A stretch of 32,000 bases of DNA from Megasphaera elsdenii DSM 20460 (GTDB lineage: Bacteria; Bacillota; Negativicutes; Veillonellales; Megasphaeraceae): positions 1,350,001 to 1,382,000 of the forward strand of contig NZ_CP027570.1 in assembly GCF_003010495.1 (NCBI RefSeq). Reading direction: 5' to 3'. Below, in pieces: positions 23,904 to 32,000 of the stretch. The translations under genes and the position numbers were made by a program. Position 1 is the first letter of the stretch. The number at the start of each line of letters is the position of its first letter. The notes below the pieces were generated by a model, which did no database searches, was not told the DNA's origin, and worked only from the letters and a program-made list of their open reading frames with translations.

Positions 23904-24752
23904 ATGAATAGAGTCATCATTAATGCCGATGATTTCGGCATCCATACAGAAGTCAATCAGGCCGTCATCGAAGCCTGCGGACAGGGTGTCCTGACCAGTA
24001 CATCCCTGCTGGCCAACGGCCCGGCTTTTGACCAGGCCGTCGACCTGGTCCGGAAGTGTCCGAAACTGGGCATCGGCATCCATCTCAGCCTGGTCGGGTC
24101 CCTGCCGACGGTCTTGTCGGCCAAGGAAGTACCGACCCTGGTCCAGTCCGACGGCCTGCTGCCGGAAAGTTATACGGAAGTCATCAAGCGGGCCTGCCAG
24201 GGGAAACTCGATTACGGCCAGGTCTACCGGGAGTTCGATGCCCAGATGGAAAAGATCATGGCGACGGGCCTTCCCATCGACCACCTGGACAGTCACCAGC
24301 ACCTGCACGTCCTGCCGCAGATCTGGTCCATTGTCCAGTCACTGATGATGAAATACGGCATCCACCGCCTGCGCATCCCCAGGGAAGCGTATTCCTATAA
24401 GGTACTGTCGGCCAATCCCGTGCGCATTGCCGGCCGCGACGGCCTGACCTATCTGTCCCGGAAGGCCATGACTTCGGTCCGGCGCCTGCACTTCACGACG
24501 ACCGATTTTTTCTGGGGTATGGTCGACGGTGGCCATATGACAGAAAGCAATCTGCACTATCTCATCGACAGGCTACCTTTTGGGACCCATGAAATCATGA
24601 TGCATCCAGGACGGAGTACGGCTGTCCTCAGCCAGTCCTTTGCCTGGGGCTATCATTGGCAGGATGAATTTCAGGCCCTGCTGTCGCCGGAAATCCGCCG
24701 TCAGCTGGAAGCCAAACAGATTGAACTCATTACTTACGGTGACCTGCCGTAG
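23904..24752 (+). CDS. YdjC/ChbG/HpnK-family carbohydrate deacetylase
   Basis: The N-terminal motif is VIINADDFGIHTEVNQAVIEA, the metal/active-site His region is IDHLDSHQHLHV, and HEIMMHPG is also present. Confidence 0.8.
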   Translation: MNRVIINADDFGIHTEVNQAVIEACGQGVLTSTSLLANGPAFDQAVDLVRKCPKLGIGIHLSLVGSLPTVLSAKEVPTLVQSDGLLPESYTEVIKRACQGKLDYGQVYREFDAQMEKIMATGLPIDHLDSHQHLHVLPQIWSIVQSLMMKYGIHRLRIPREAYSYKVLSANPVRIAGRDGLTYLSRKAMTSVRRLHFTTTDFFWGMVDGGHMTESNLHYLIDRLPFGTHEIMMHPGRSTAVLSQSFAWGYHWQDEFQALLSPEIRRQLEAKQIELITYGDLP

Positions 24753-24770
24753 GGATTGGAGGTCTTATCT

Positions 24771-25703
24771 TTGCATATCTTAGTTACCGGTGGGGCCGGT
24801 TTCATCGGTTCCCACCTCGTCGACGCCTTGCTGGAAGCCGGCCACGACGTGACGGTCTTCGACAACCTGAGTACGGGCTGCCGGGACCAGGTCCCGGAAC
24901 AGGCCCGGTTCGTTCAAGGCGATATCCGCGATGAAGCGGCATTGAAGGCACTCTTTGGGGAAGGCCATTTCGACGTCGTCTTCCATGAAGCCGCCCAGAC
25001 GCAGGTCTCGTACTCCCTGGCCCATCCCCGGGAAGATGCGGAACTGAATGTCCTCGGCCTGATCAACGTCCTGGAACAGTGCCGCCGACAGGGCGTACAG
25101 AAATTCATTTATTCGTCGTCGGCTGCCGTCTACGGCGACAATCCCAAAGTCCCGCTGGACGAGTCGGAACCGCTGGCTCCGGCATCATTCTACGGCCTGA
25201 CGAAAGTGACGGCGGAAAAATATATCCAGCTCTATGGCGACCTGTTCGGTCTTCCCTATGCCATCCTGCGCTACGCCAATGTATACGGTGAACGCCAGGG
25301 AAACGGCGGGGAAGGCGGCGTCGTCGGCCTCTTTGCCAGGGCCCTGGCCCGCGGGGAAGATTTAACGATTTTCGGCGATGGCGAACAGTCCCGTGATTTC
25401 GTCTACGTCAAGGACGTGGCCCGGGCCAATGTGGCCGCCATAGACGGCGAGGTACCTTCGGGAATCTATAACATCAGCACCCAGATCGAAACGACCATCA
25501 ATGCGCTGAAAGAAATCCTGTTGTATTTCTCCCATGCCGGCGTGGCCGTTTCCTATGGAGAAGCCCGGAAAGGCGATATCTTCCGGTCATCCCTGGCCAA
25601 CGGCAAGGCGAGAGAACATCTCCGCTGGCGGCCGAAGATGAAACTCATGCCGGGACTCATGGCGACGTATCAGTATTTTATCGAGAAGGAGGAGCAGGCG
25701 TGA
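24771..25703 (+). CDS. NAD-dependent epimerase/dehydratase (extended SDR, GalE-like)
   Basis: TTG 24771 lies 8 nt after GGAGG (24758-24762), giving MHILVTGGAGFIGSHLV. The track's start at 24756 overlaps the RBS. The Rossmann motif is TGGAGFIGS, the catalytic YGLTK is the YxxxK motif, and a SSSAAVYG motif is present. Confidence 0.85.
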   Translation: MHILVTGGAGFIGSHLVDALLEAGHDVTVFDNLSTGCRDQVPEQARFVQGDIRDEAALKALFGEGHFDVVFHEAAQTQVSYSLAHPREDAELNVLGLINVLEQCRRQGVQKFIYSSSAAVYGDNPKVPLDESEPLAPASFYGLTKVTAEKYIQLYGDLFGLPYAILRYANVYGERQGNGGEGGVVGLFARALARGEDLTIFGDGEQSRDFVYVKDVARANVAAIDGEVPSGIYNISTQIETTINALKEILLYFSHAGVAVSYGEARKGDIFRSSLANGKAREHLRWRPKMKLMPGLMATYQYFIEKEEQA

Positions 25704-26149
25704 AAGAAGACAGCAACCATAAATTTTACTTGGTCCGCGAAGACATTTTGCCCGAAGCCATCAAGAAGACCATCAAGGTCAAAGAAATCCTCAAGCATCA
25801 TCAGACGCGCACGATCAACGAAGCCGTCCGCATGATGGATTTGAGCCGCAGTGCGTACTATAAATATAAGGACTATGTCTTTCCTTTTTACGATGTTACG
25901 CAGGGGAAAATCGTTACCCTGTCGGTCATGATCTTCGACCGGCCCGGGGAATTGTCGCAAGTACTCAACACGGTCGCTGCCAATAACGGCAGTATCCTGA
26001 CCATCAACCAGGGGATTCCCTTGCAGGGAATGGCTGATGTCAGCTTATCCATCGAAACTAAGGATATGACCGTTCCTGTCGATGAATTGATCAAAACGTT
26101 GGAAAAGCTGTCCGGTGTCAGCAAAGTAGATATCATCGGACAAGCGTAA
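25700..26149 (+). CDS. ACT domain-containing protein (UPF0735 family)
   Basis: The GTG start overlaps the epimerase stop (GTGA). It has an N-terminal helical segment (EAVRMMDLSRSAYYKYKD) and a C-terminal ACT fold (TLSVMIFDRPGELSQVLNTVA). Its position upstream of hom is typical for Firmicutes. Confidence 0.75.
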   Translation: MKEDSNHKFYLVREDILPEAIKKTIKVKEILKHHQTRTINEAVRMMDLSRSAYYKYKDYVFPFYDVTQGKIVTLSVMIFDRPGELSQVLNTVAANNGSILTINQGIPLQGMADVSLSIETKDMTVPVDELIKTLEKLSGVSKVDIIGQA

Positions 26150-26172
26150 GATAAAAAAGGGGGAGTAGGCTC

Positions 26173-27462
26173 ATGAAAAATGTTTCCATTGCCTTGTTAG
26201 GATGCGGTACGGTCGGGAAAGGGGTCGTCGACTTACTGGCCATGAATGGTCCGCTCATTGAAGAACAGCTCGATACGAAAATCAACATCAAGCGGGTCCT
26301 CATCCGCGATTTGAATAAGTATGAACAGATGGAAGACTTACCCGATTCCATCCAGTTCACGACGGATTTCAACGACATCATCGACGACGATGAAATCGAA
26401 ATCGTCGTCGAAGTCATGGGCAGTGCCGACTTTGCCAAGGACTGCATCGAACAGTGCTTCCTGCGCGGCAAGAGCGTCATCAGCGCCAATAAGGACCTCA
26501 TCGCCGATTACGGTATTCCGCTGCTGAAATTGTCCCAGCAGCACAACGTGGACTTCCAGTTCGAAGCCAGCGTCGCCGGCGGTATCCCTATCGTCCGTCC
26601 CATGTATTCGTCGCTCAACAGCAACCGTATCGAAGAAATCATCGGTATCATGAACGGCACGACGAACTTCATCTTGTCCAACATGACGGCCCACGGCTCG
26701 TCCTATGAAGACGTCCTCAAAGAAGCCCAGGAAAAAGGCTATGCCGAAGCGGACCCGACGAACGATGTCAGCGGTTACGATGCAGCCCGCAAGATCGCCA
26801 TCCTGGCCACGCTGGGCTTCCATTCGGCTGTGACCTTCAACGATGTCCACGTAGAAGGCATTGAAAACATTGCCAAAGAAGATATTGAACATGCCACGGA
26901 AATGGGCTATGTCATCAAGCTCCTGGCCATTGCCCGCCAGGATGAAGACGGCATTTCCCTCAACGTCCATCCGTCCTTTATCCGCAAAGGTCATCCGCTG
27001 GCCAACGTCGACGGTGCCTACAACGCCGTCTGCGTCCGCGGCAACTGTGTCGGCGACGTCATGTTCTACGGCCAGGGGGCCGGTTCCCTGCCGACGGCCA
27101 GCGCCGTTGTCAGCGATGTCATGAACGTCATCCTTCACCGTAACCTGCAGATGACCGGCAAACGGGGCTATGTCTGGCACGAAGCAAAATTGAAGCCTCA
27201 GGCCGACATCGCTTCGCCGTACTACATCCGCATGATTGTCAACAACGCTCCCGGCGTTTTGGCAGCCGTCTCCAAGGTCCTGGCAGAGAACAATATCAGC
27301 ATCCGTTCCCTCATCCAGAAAGACGAAACGGCAGAAATCGCTGAAATCGTCATCCTCATCGACAAATCGGCAGCCGGTCTGGTCCAGGCTTCGCTCCAGA
27401 AGATCGAAGAGTTATCGTGCGTTCGCAAGATTGCGAATGCCATTCGTGTAATCGAGGTGTAA
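26173..27462 (+). CDS. hom: Homoserine dehydrogenase
   Basis: NAD-binding N-terminus IALLGCGTVGKGV, catalytic region (GIMNGTTNFIL, EADPTNDVSGYDAARK) and a C-terminal ACT domain. Confidence 0.92.
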   Translation: MKNVSIALLGCGTVGKGVVDLLAMNGPLIEEQLDTKINIKRVLIRDLNKYEQMEDLPDSIQFTTDFNDIIDDDEIEIVVEVMGSADFAKDCIEQCFLRGKSVISANKDLIADYGIPLLKLSQQHNVDFQFEASVAGGIPIVRPMYSSLNSNRIEEIIGIMNGTTNFILSNMTAHGSSYEDVLKEAQEKGYAEADPTNDVSGYDAARKIAILATLGFHSAVTFNDVHVEGIENIAKEDIEHATEMGYVIKLLAIARQDEDGISLNVHPSFIRKGHPLANVDGAYNAVCVRGNCVGDVMFYGQGAGSLPTASAVVSDVMNVILHRNLQMTGKRGYVWHEAKLKPQADIASPYYIRMIVNNAPGVLAAVSKVLAENNISIRSLIQKDETAEIAEIVILIDKSAAGLVQASLQKIEELSCVRKIANAIRVIEV

Positions 27463-27465
27463 GAA

Positions 27466-28383
27466 ATGACAAAAACGCTGCACGCACAGATCCCGGCCAC
27501 GTCGGCTAACGTCGGCTCCGGCTTTGATGCCGTCGGGATTGCGCTGACTTTGTATAATGACATTTATTTTACGGAAGAACCGGATAAAGATACGATTACT
27601 GTCGAAATAGAAGGCTTGGGAGCCAATTCCTTACCCCGTGATTTCAATGAAAACATGGTCGGTCAGGCGATGAAGGCCGTCGCCATCAAGAACCGCCAGC
27701 CCCTTCCCAAGGGCGGTACGCTGCGGCTGGTCAATGCCATTCCGCCAGCCCGCGGTCTGGGCAGCAGTTCGGCAGCTCTCGTCGGCGGCATCCTCATCGG
27801 CAATGCTCTGACAGGTAATAAGATGACCCGCGAAGATATGCTGACCATGGCTACCGTCCTCGAAGGCCATCCCGATAACGTGGCTCCTGCCATTTACGGC
27901 GGCTTGTCCGTTTCTATTATGGTCGACGGCAAGACCTTGACCAATTCCATTCCCATCGACAATGACCTGTCTTTTATCGCAGTCAGTCCGGAAGTCGAAG
28001 TTTCGACGGAAGAAGCCCGCAAGGCCCTGCCCAAGACCATCGACTATCAGAGCGCTGTCTTCAACGTCAGCCGCGTCAGCTTCCTCGTATCTTCTCTGTT
28101 TACGAAACAGTATGACCGCATTGCCTACGGCTTGCAGGATAAATTGCACGTGCCTTACCGCATCCGCCTCATCCCCAGCGGCGATCAGGTCCTTCAGAAA
28201 GCTATCGAAGCCGGTGCCTTGGGAGCTACTATCAGCGGATCCGGCTCGACGCTCATCGCCTTTGCCACGGATCAGGAAGTACAGATCATGGATGCCATGA
28301 TTAACTGCTTCAATGACCACGGCATTGCCGCTACCGGCCATATCCTGAAATGCAGCAATGAAGGAGCTAAGCTCGCCGAATGA
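27466..28383 (+). CDS. thrB: Homoserine kinase
   Basis: PATSANVGSGFD N-terminus and the GHMP kinase motif PPARGLGSSSAALVGG. Length is 305 aa. Confidence 0.92.
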   Translation: MTKTLHAQIPATSANVGSGFDAVGIALTLYNDIYFTEEPDKDTITVEIEGLGANSLPRDFNENMVGQAMKAVAIKNRQPLPKGGTLRLVNAIPPARGLGSSSAALVGGILIGNALTGNKMTREDMLTMATVLEGHPDNVAPAIYGGLSVSIMVDGKTLTNSIPIDNDLSFIAVSPEVEVSTEEARKALPKTIDYQSAVFNVSRVSFLVSSLFTKQYDRIAYGLQDKLHVPYRIRLIPSGDQVLQKAIEAGALGATISGSGSTLIAFATDQEVQIMDAMINCFNDHGIAATGHILKCSNEGAKLAE

Positions 28384-29207
28384 TACAAGATATTGGAAAT
28401 CATACGTACCATGTCGAATACCACCCAGTGCCACTGGCGCAGGATGGTATTCTGCTGTCTTATCAGGGCCGCAAGGTCTTGGTTCGGATTACCGGGGAAA
28501 AAGAGTTTACCTACCCTGTCTACAGCGATTATGCTGATGTTGATAGGGGACAGTTCCGCTGGCTCTTTGCCGAAGACAAGGCTCAGTTTTACCTGGCTAA
28601 GGAAGCCCTGCCGGAACGGGATGGCTTTGCTTACGTCTCTATCAACTTCATGCGCGCTGCCCGGCCGCGTTACCTGGCCTTTGCCGGCATCGCCGGGTTA
28701 TCCCTGCATAACTGGTACAGCAACCACATTTTCTGCGGCCACTGCGGCCGTCCCATGGCACACAGCGAGAGTGAACGCATGGTGCACTGCGACCATTGCC
28801 ATACCATGATCTATCCCCGCATCTGCCCGGCCGTCATCGTCGCCGTCCGTCACGGCGATAAACTCCTGGTCTCGAAGTACGCCGGCCGGGAATATAAGAA
28901 TATCGCCTTGCTGGCTGGCTTTGCCGAAGTCGGCGAAACCATCGAAGAGACGGTTCATCGGGAAGTCATGGAAGAAGTGGGCATCAAGGTCAAGAATCTG
29001 CAGTTCTACAAGAGCCAGCCCTGGTGCTTTACGGATACGCTCCTCTTTGGCTTCTTCTGCGACCTCGACGGCGATGATACGTTGAAAGTCGACCACGGTG
29101 AACTGGCCACGGCCGGCTGGATCGACCGGCAGGACATTCCGGAAGACACGGAAAAAGCCAGCCTGACCATGGAAATGATGACTTTATTCAAACAAGGGGT
29201 CTATTGA
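28380..29207 (+). CDS. nudC: NAD(+)/NADH diphosphatase NudC
   Basis: Zinc ribbon CGHCGRPM...CDHCH, Nudix box GFAEVGETIEETVHREVMEEVGI, and the downstream SQPW motif characteristic of NADH pyrophosphatases. ATGA overlap with thrB. Confidence 0.85.
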   Translation: MIQDIGNHTYHVEYHPVPLAQDGILLSYQGRKVLVRITGEKEFTYPVYSDYADVDRGQFRWLFAEDKAQFYLAKEALPERDGFAYVSINFMRAARPRYLAFAGIAGLSLHNWYSNHIFCGHCGRPMAHSESERMVHCDHCHTMIYPRICPAVIVAVRHGDKLLVSKYAGREYKNIALLAGFAEVGETIEETVHREVMEEVGIKVKNLQFYKSQPWCFTDTLLFGFFCDLDGDDTLKVDHGELATAGWIDRQDIPEDTEKASLTMEMMTLFKQGVY

Positions 29208-29224
29208 TTTTACGCGGAGATACC

Positions 29225-29253
29225 TTGACAGGCCCAGGTAAAATTGCTACAAT
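29225..29253 (+). promoter_or_regulatory. valS promoter (TTGACA-17 nt-TACAAT)
   Basis: TTGACA is at 29225-29230, the spacer is 17 nt, and TACAAT is at 29248-29253. Confidence 0.65.
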
Positions 29254-29259
29254 GTTTAT

Positions 29260-29508
29260 CACATAAAGGCGATGAGCGGAAGAAGCTTTACTTCTTTTTG
29301 TCAGCGAGATGCCAGAAATGGTGCGAGGGCATCCAAAGAGGGTAGGGCGCGTCACCCGGGAGCCGGCAGGAGGAAAGGCCTGCCCGTCCAGCAGACGTTA
29401 CCTGTGCCATGAAGCGGTCGCGCAAGCGGCAAATTAGGTGGTACCGCGGAAGATTCAGCATTCTTTCGTCCTAAGGAATACCCTTAGGCGAGGGAATGCT
29501 CTTTTTTT
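29260..29508 (+). promoter_or_regulatory. T-box riboswitch leader, valine-specific (specifier GUC)
   Basis: The Stem I base has a K-turn (GGCGATGAGCGG at 29268-29279, opposite CCCGGGAGCC). The AG bulge is AGCGAGA and the distal loop contains ATGGTGCGAG. The specifier GTC at 29351-29353 is followed by the conserved purine A. The T-box sequence AAATTAGGTGGTACCGCGG is at 29431-29449. The terminator is at 29457-29508. Confidence 0.88.
29457..29508 (+). terminator. T-box terminator hairpin
   Basis: AGCATTCTTTCGTCCTAAGG pairs with CCCTTAGGCGAGGGAATGCT, a long stem with several G-U pairs and loop AATA. It is followed by C plus 7 T (29502-29508). Confidence 0.8.
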
Positions 29509-29528
29509 GTTTTGGAGGGAAAACACAG

Positions 29529-32000
29529 ATGAAATGGAATAAGGAACAGTTAGGCGCTTACGCACCGAACGACATTGAAATGTCCTGGTATGATTTTTGG
29601 GAAAAGAATGGCTACTTCCATCAGGATCCGGATCCGAGCAAAGAACCGTTCAGCATCGTCATGCCGCCGCCGAACGTCACGGGCCAGCTTCACATGGGCC
29701 ATGCCCTGGACAATACCCTGCAGGATATCCTCGTCCGCTTCAAGCGCATGGAAGGCTATAACGTCGCCTGGATCCCTGGCACAGACCACGCCGGCATCGC
29801 GACGCAGGTCAAAGTCGAACAGCAGCTGGCCAAAGAAGAAGGCAAGTCCCGCTACGATATCGGCCGCGAAGAATTCTTGAAGCGCGTCTGGGCCTGGAAG
29901 GAACAGTACGGCAGCCGCATCGAAAAACAGGTCCGCCGCCTCGGTTCTTCCTGCGACTGGAGCCGCAAGCGCTTCACCATGGACGACACCTGTGCCCGCG
30001 CCGTCCGCGAAGTCTTCGTCACGCTTTACGAAAAGGGCCTCATTTATCAGGGCCAGCGCATCACCAACTGGTGCCCGCACTGCCATACGGCCCTGTCGGA
30101 CATCGAAGTTGACCATTCCGACGTGCAAGGCCATCTGTGGTACATCAAATACCCTGTTGTCGGTGAAGACGACTATATCATGATTGCCACGACTCGTCCG
30201 GAAACAATCATGGGCGATACGGCTGTTGCCGTCAACCCGGCTGATGATCGCATGAAGAAGTATATCGGCAAGAAAGTCGTCGTCCCCCTCGTCGACCGCG
30301 AAGTCGAAGTCATTGCTGACGATTACGTCGATATCGGCTTTGGTACTGGCGCCGTCAAGATTACGCCGGCTCACGACCCGAACGACTTTGAAATGGGCCA
30401 GCGCCATAACCTGGAATCCATCATGATCATGAACCTCGACGGTACGATGAACGAAAAAGCCGGTGCGAAATACAACGGCATGACCCGTGAAGATTGCCGT
30501 AAAGCCGTCGTCGCTGACTTGAAAGAATTGGGCCTCCTCGATCATATCGAAGAATTGACCCATGCCGTCGGCCATTGCTCGCGCTGCAAGACGACGGTCG
30601 AACCCTTCGTCACCAAGCAGTGGTTCGTAAAGATGAAACCGCTGACCGAAGCAGCCCTCAAAGCCGTCGAAGATGGCCACACGAAATTCATCCCGGATCG
30701 TTTCGTCAAGATTTACAACCATTGGCTGGAAGATGTCCACGACTGGTGCATCAGCCGCCAACTCTGGTGGGGCCATCAGATCCCTGTCTGGTACTGCGAC
30801 GACTGCGGCAAGTCCTCGGTTAGCCGGGAAGATATTACGGAATGTCAGCACTGCCACAGCAAAAACATCCACCGCGACCCGGACGTCCTCGATACATGGT
30901 TCAGCTCGGCCCTCTGGCCTTTCTCGACAATGGGCTGGCCTGATAAGACGCCGGATCTCCAGCAGTTCTTCCCGACCAGCGTCCTGGTCACGGGCTATGA
31001 CATCATCTTCTTCTGGGTTGCCCGCATGATGTTCATGACCTGTGAATTCATGAAGGATATTCCCTTCAAGAACGTTTTCATCCACGGTCTGGTCCGCGAT
31101 AGCCAGGGCCGCAAGATGAGTAAATCCCTGGGCAATGGCATCGATCCCCTGGGCGTCTGCGAACAGTACGGCGCCGACGCCCTGCGCTTCACCTTGGTTA
31201 CAGGCAACACACCGGGCAACGACATGCGCTTCTACATGGAACGCGTCGAAGCCAACCGCAACTTTGCCAATAAGATTTGGAACGCCTCGAAATTCGTCAT
31301 CATGAACCTCGGCGATTTCGATGAAAACTTCGTTCCCGAAGATAAAGACCTGACCCTGGCCGACCGCTGGATCCTCACGTCCTTCAATGAAACCGTCACG
31401 AAAGTCACGGAAGACCTCGATAAATTTGAACTCGGCGACGCTGCCGATGCCGTTTACAACTTCATCTGGAACTCCTACTGCGACTGGTACATCGAACTGG
31501 CTAAGAAGCGCCTCTATCAGGCTGCAAGCGAACGGGACAAACATACGGTTCAGTACGTCCTGGTCTATGTCCTGACGCATACCCTGGAAATGCTCCATCC
31601 CTTCATGCCTTTCGTTACGGAACATCTCTGGCAGCACCTGCCTCACGAAGGCGAAAGCATCATCGTCGCTCCTTGGCCGAAGACGCAGGATAAATGGAAC
31701 TTCCCGGCCGATGCCGCTACCATGAATACCATGATGGAAGCCATCAAGGGCATCCGTAACCTCCGTGCCGAATCGAACGTCCCCATGGGCAAAAAGGCTC
31801 CGGTCATCCTGGCCCCGGCTACGGAAGACATGGCTCAGACTTTGAAGACCTACGAAGATTACTTCCATACTCTGGCCTTTGCCGATAAAGTAACTCTCCT
31901 GGCTGCCGGCGATGCTAAACCGGAAAATGCCGTCGTCGCCGTCGTCCCGGGCATTGAAGTCTACTTACAGCTCAAAGACCTCATCGACGTAGAAAAAGAA
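29529..32000 (+). CDS. valS: Valine--tRNA ligase (3' end beyond the window)
   Basis: This ORF is not in the supplied track because no stop falls inside the window. ATG 29529 lies 8 nt after GGAGGGA. The translation MKWNKEQLGAYAPNDIEMSWYDFWEKNGYF...PPPNVTGQLHMGHA carries the HIGH motif, and GRKMSKSLGNG is the KMSKS motif near nt 31110. The frame stays open for exactly 824 codons to nt 32000, ending ...LKDLIDVEKE. Confidence 0.95.
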   Translation, partial: MKWNKEQLGAYAPNDIEMSWYDFWEKNGYFHQDPDPSKEPFSIVMPPPNVTGQLHMGHALDNTLQDILVRFKRMEGYNVAWIPGTDHAGIATQVKVEQQLAKEEGKSRYDIGREEFLKRVWAWKEQYGSRIEKQVRRLGSSCDWSRKRFTMDDTCARAVREVFVTLYEKGLIYQGQRITNWCPHCHTALSDIEVDHSDVQGHLWYIKYPVVGEDDYIMIATTRPETIMGDTAVAVNPADDRMKKYIGKKVVVPLVDREVEVIADDYVDIGFGTGAVKITPAHDPNDFEMGQRHNLESIMIMNLDGTMNEKAGAKYNGMTREDCRKAVVADLKELGLLDHIEELTHAVGHCSRCKTTVEPFVTKQWFVKMKPLTEAALKAVEDGHTKFIPDRFVKIYNHWLEDVHDWCISRQLWWGHQIPVWYCDDCGKSSVSREDITECQHCHSKNIHRDPDVLDTWFSSALWPFSTMGWPDKTPDLQQFFPTSVLVTGYDIIFFWVARMMFMTCEFMKDIPFKNVFIHGLVRDSQGRKMSKSLGNGIDPLGVCEQYGADALRFTLVTGNTPGNDMRFYMERVEANRNFANKIWNASKFVIMNLGDFDENFVPEDKDLTLADRWILTSFNETVTKVTEDLDKFELGDAADAVYNFIWNSYCDWYIELAKKRLYQAASERDKHTVQYVLVYVLTHTLEMLHPFMPFVTEHLWQHLPHEGESIIVAPWPKTQDKWNFPADAATMNTMMEAIKGIRNLRAESNVPMGKKAPVILAPATEDMAQTLKTYEDYFHTLAFADKVTLLAAGDAKPENAVVAVVPGIEVYLQLKDLIDVEKE

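Noticed and set aside
4014-24770. Longer N-terminal extensions given by the ORF track: GTG 4014, ATG 12935, GTG 13670, GTG 14908, ATG 21260 and TTG 24756.
   Set aside because: In each case the extended start overlaps or abuts the Shine-Dalgarno sequence itself or lies inside the upstream gene. A downstream ATG or TTG sits 5-10 nt from a GGAGG-like RBS and yields the canonical family N-terminus, so I used the shorter coordinates.
29550-31868. A 772-aa minus-strand ORF, the longest ORF in the supplied track.
   Set aside because: It lies exactly antisense to a clear valS reading frame (HIGH and KMSKS motifs, T-box leader, good RBS). Its translation is low-complexity, rich in D/F/R/A/V, with no recognisable domain. 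It is a shadow ORF kept open by the scarcity of TTA, CTA and TCA codons on the sense strand.
1-32000. CRISPR arrays, IS elements or transposases, prophage genes, toxin-antitoxin pairs and restriction-modification or other defence modules.
   Set aside because: No spacer-repeat periodicity, terminal inverted repeats or matching protein signatures were seen. All ORFs with support have housekeeping identities. I cannot exclude short dispersed repeats that would need a computational self-alignment to detect.

Overview
The window is a 32-kb block of core housekeeping genes, and every gene I can support is on the + strand. The sequence looks like a Firmicute with moderately high GC and GC3-rich codons. 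AGGAGG-type Shine-Dalgarno sites, a T-box leader, cinA-recA-recX-rny synteny and an ispH::S1 fusion suggest a Negativicutes- or Clostridia-like organism, but this is inference only.

Gene order is: ftsK (5'-truncated by the window edge), rodZ-like, ygiQ, orphan solute-binding protein, rimO, cinA, recA, recX, rny, five tRNAs (Asp-Phe-Gly-Cys-Leu), scpA, scpB, rluB-like, HI0933/BaiN-type flavoprotein, cmk, plsC, ispH::S1 fusion, der, plsY, rsmD, coaD, coiled-coil protein, TrmH-family methyltransferase, larB, stand-alone LarC C-terminal domain, YdjC/ChbG-family protein, SDR epimerase, ACT protein, hom, thrB, nudC, Val T-box leader, valS (3'-truncated by the window edge).

I found no CRISPR array, transposase, integrase, prophage remnant or recognisable defence or toxin module. 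I do not see a convincing novel multi-gene system here. The items most worth a second look are:
- two near-consensus promoters followed by a strong intrinsic terminator immediately upstream of rny (an attenuator or a small RNA)
- an apparently leaderless scpA
- the ispH::S1 fusion, which has an internal SD+ATG at the domain junction and a sharp codon-usage break
- larB followed by a gene encoding only the C-terminal domain of LarC
- strong terminators that abut the next gene's ribosome-binding site

The many long minus-strand ORFs in the track are antisense shadow ORFs and are rejected.
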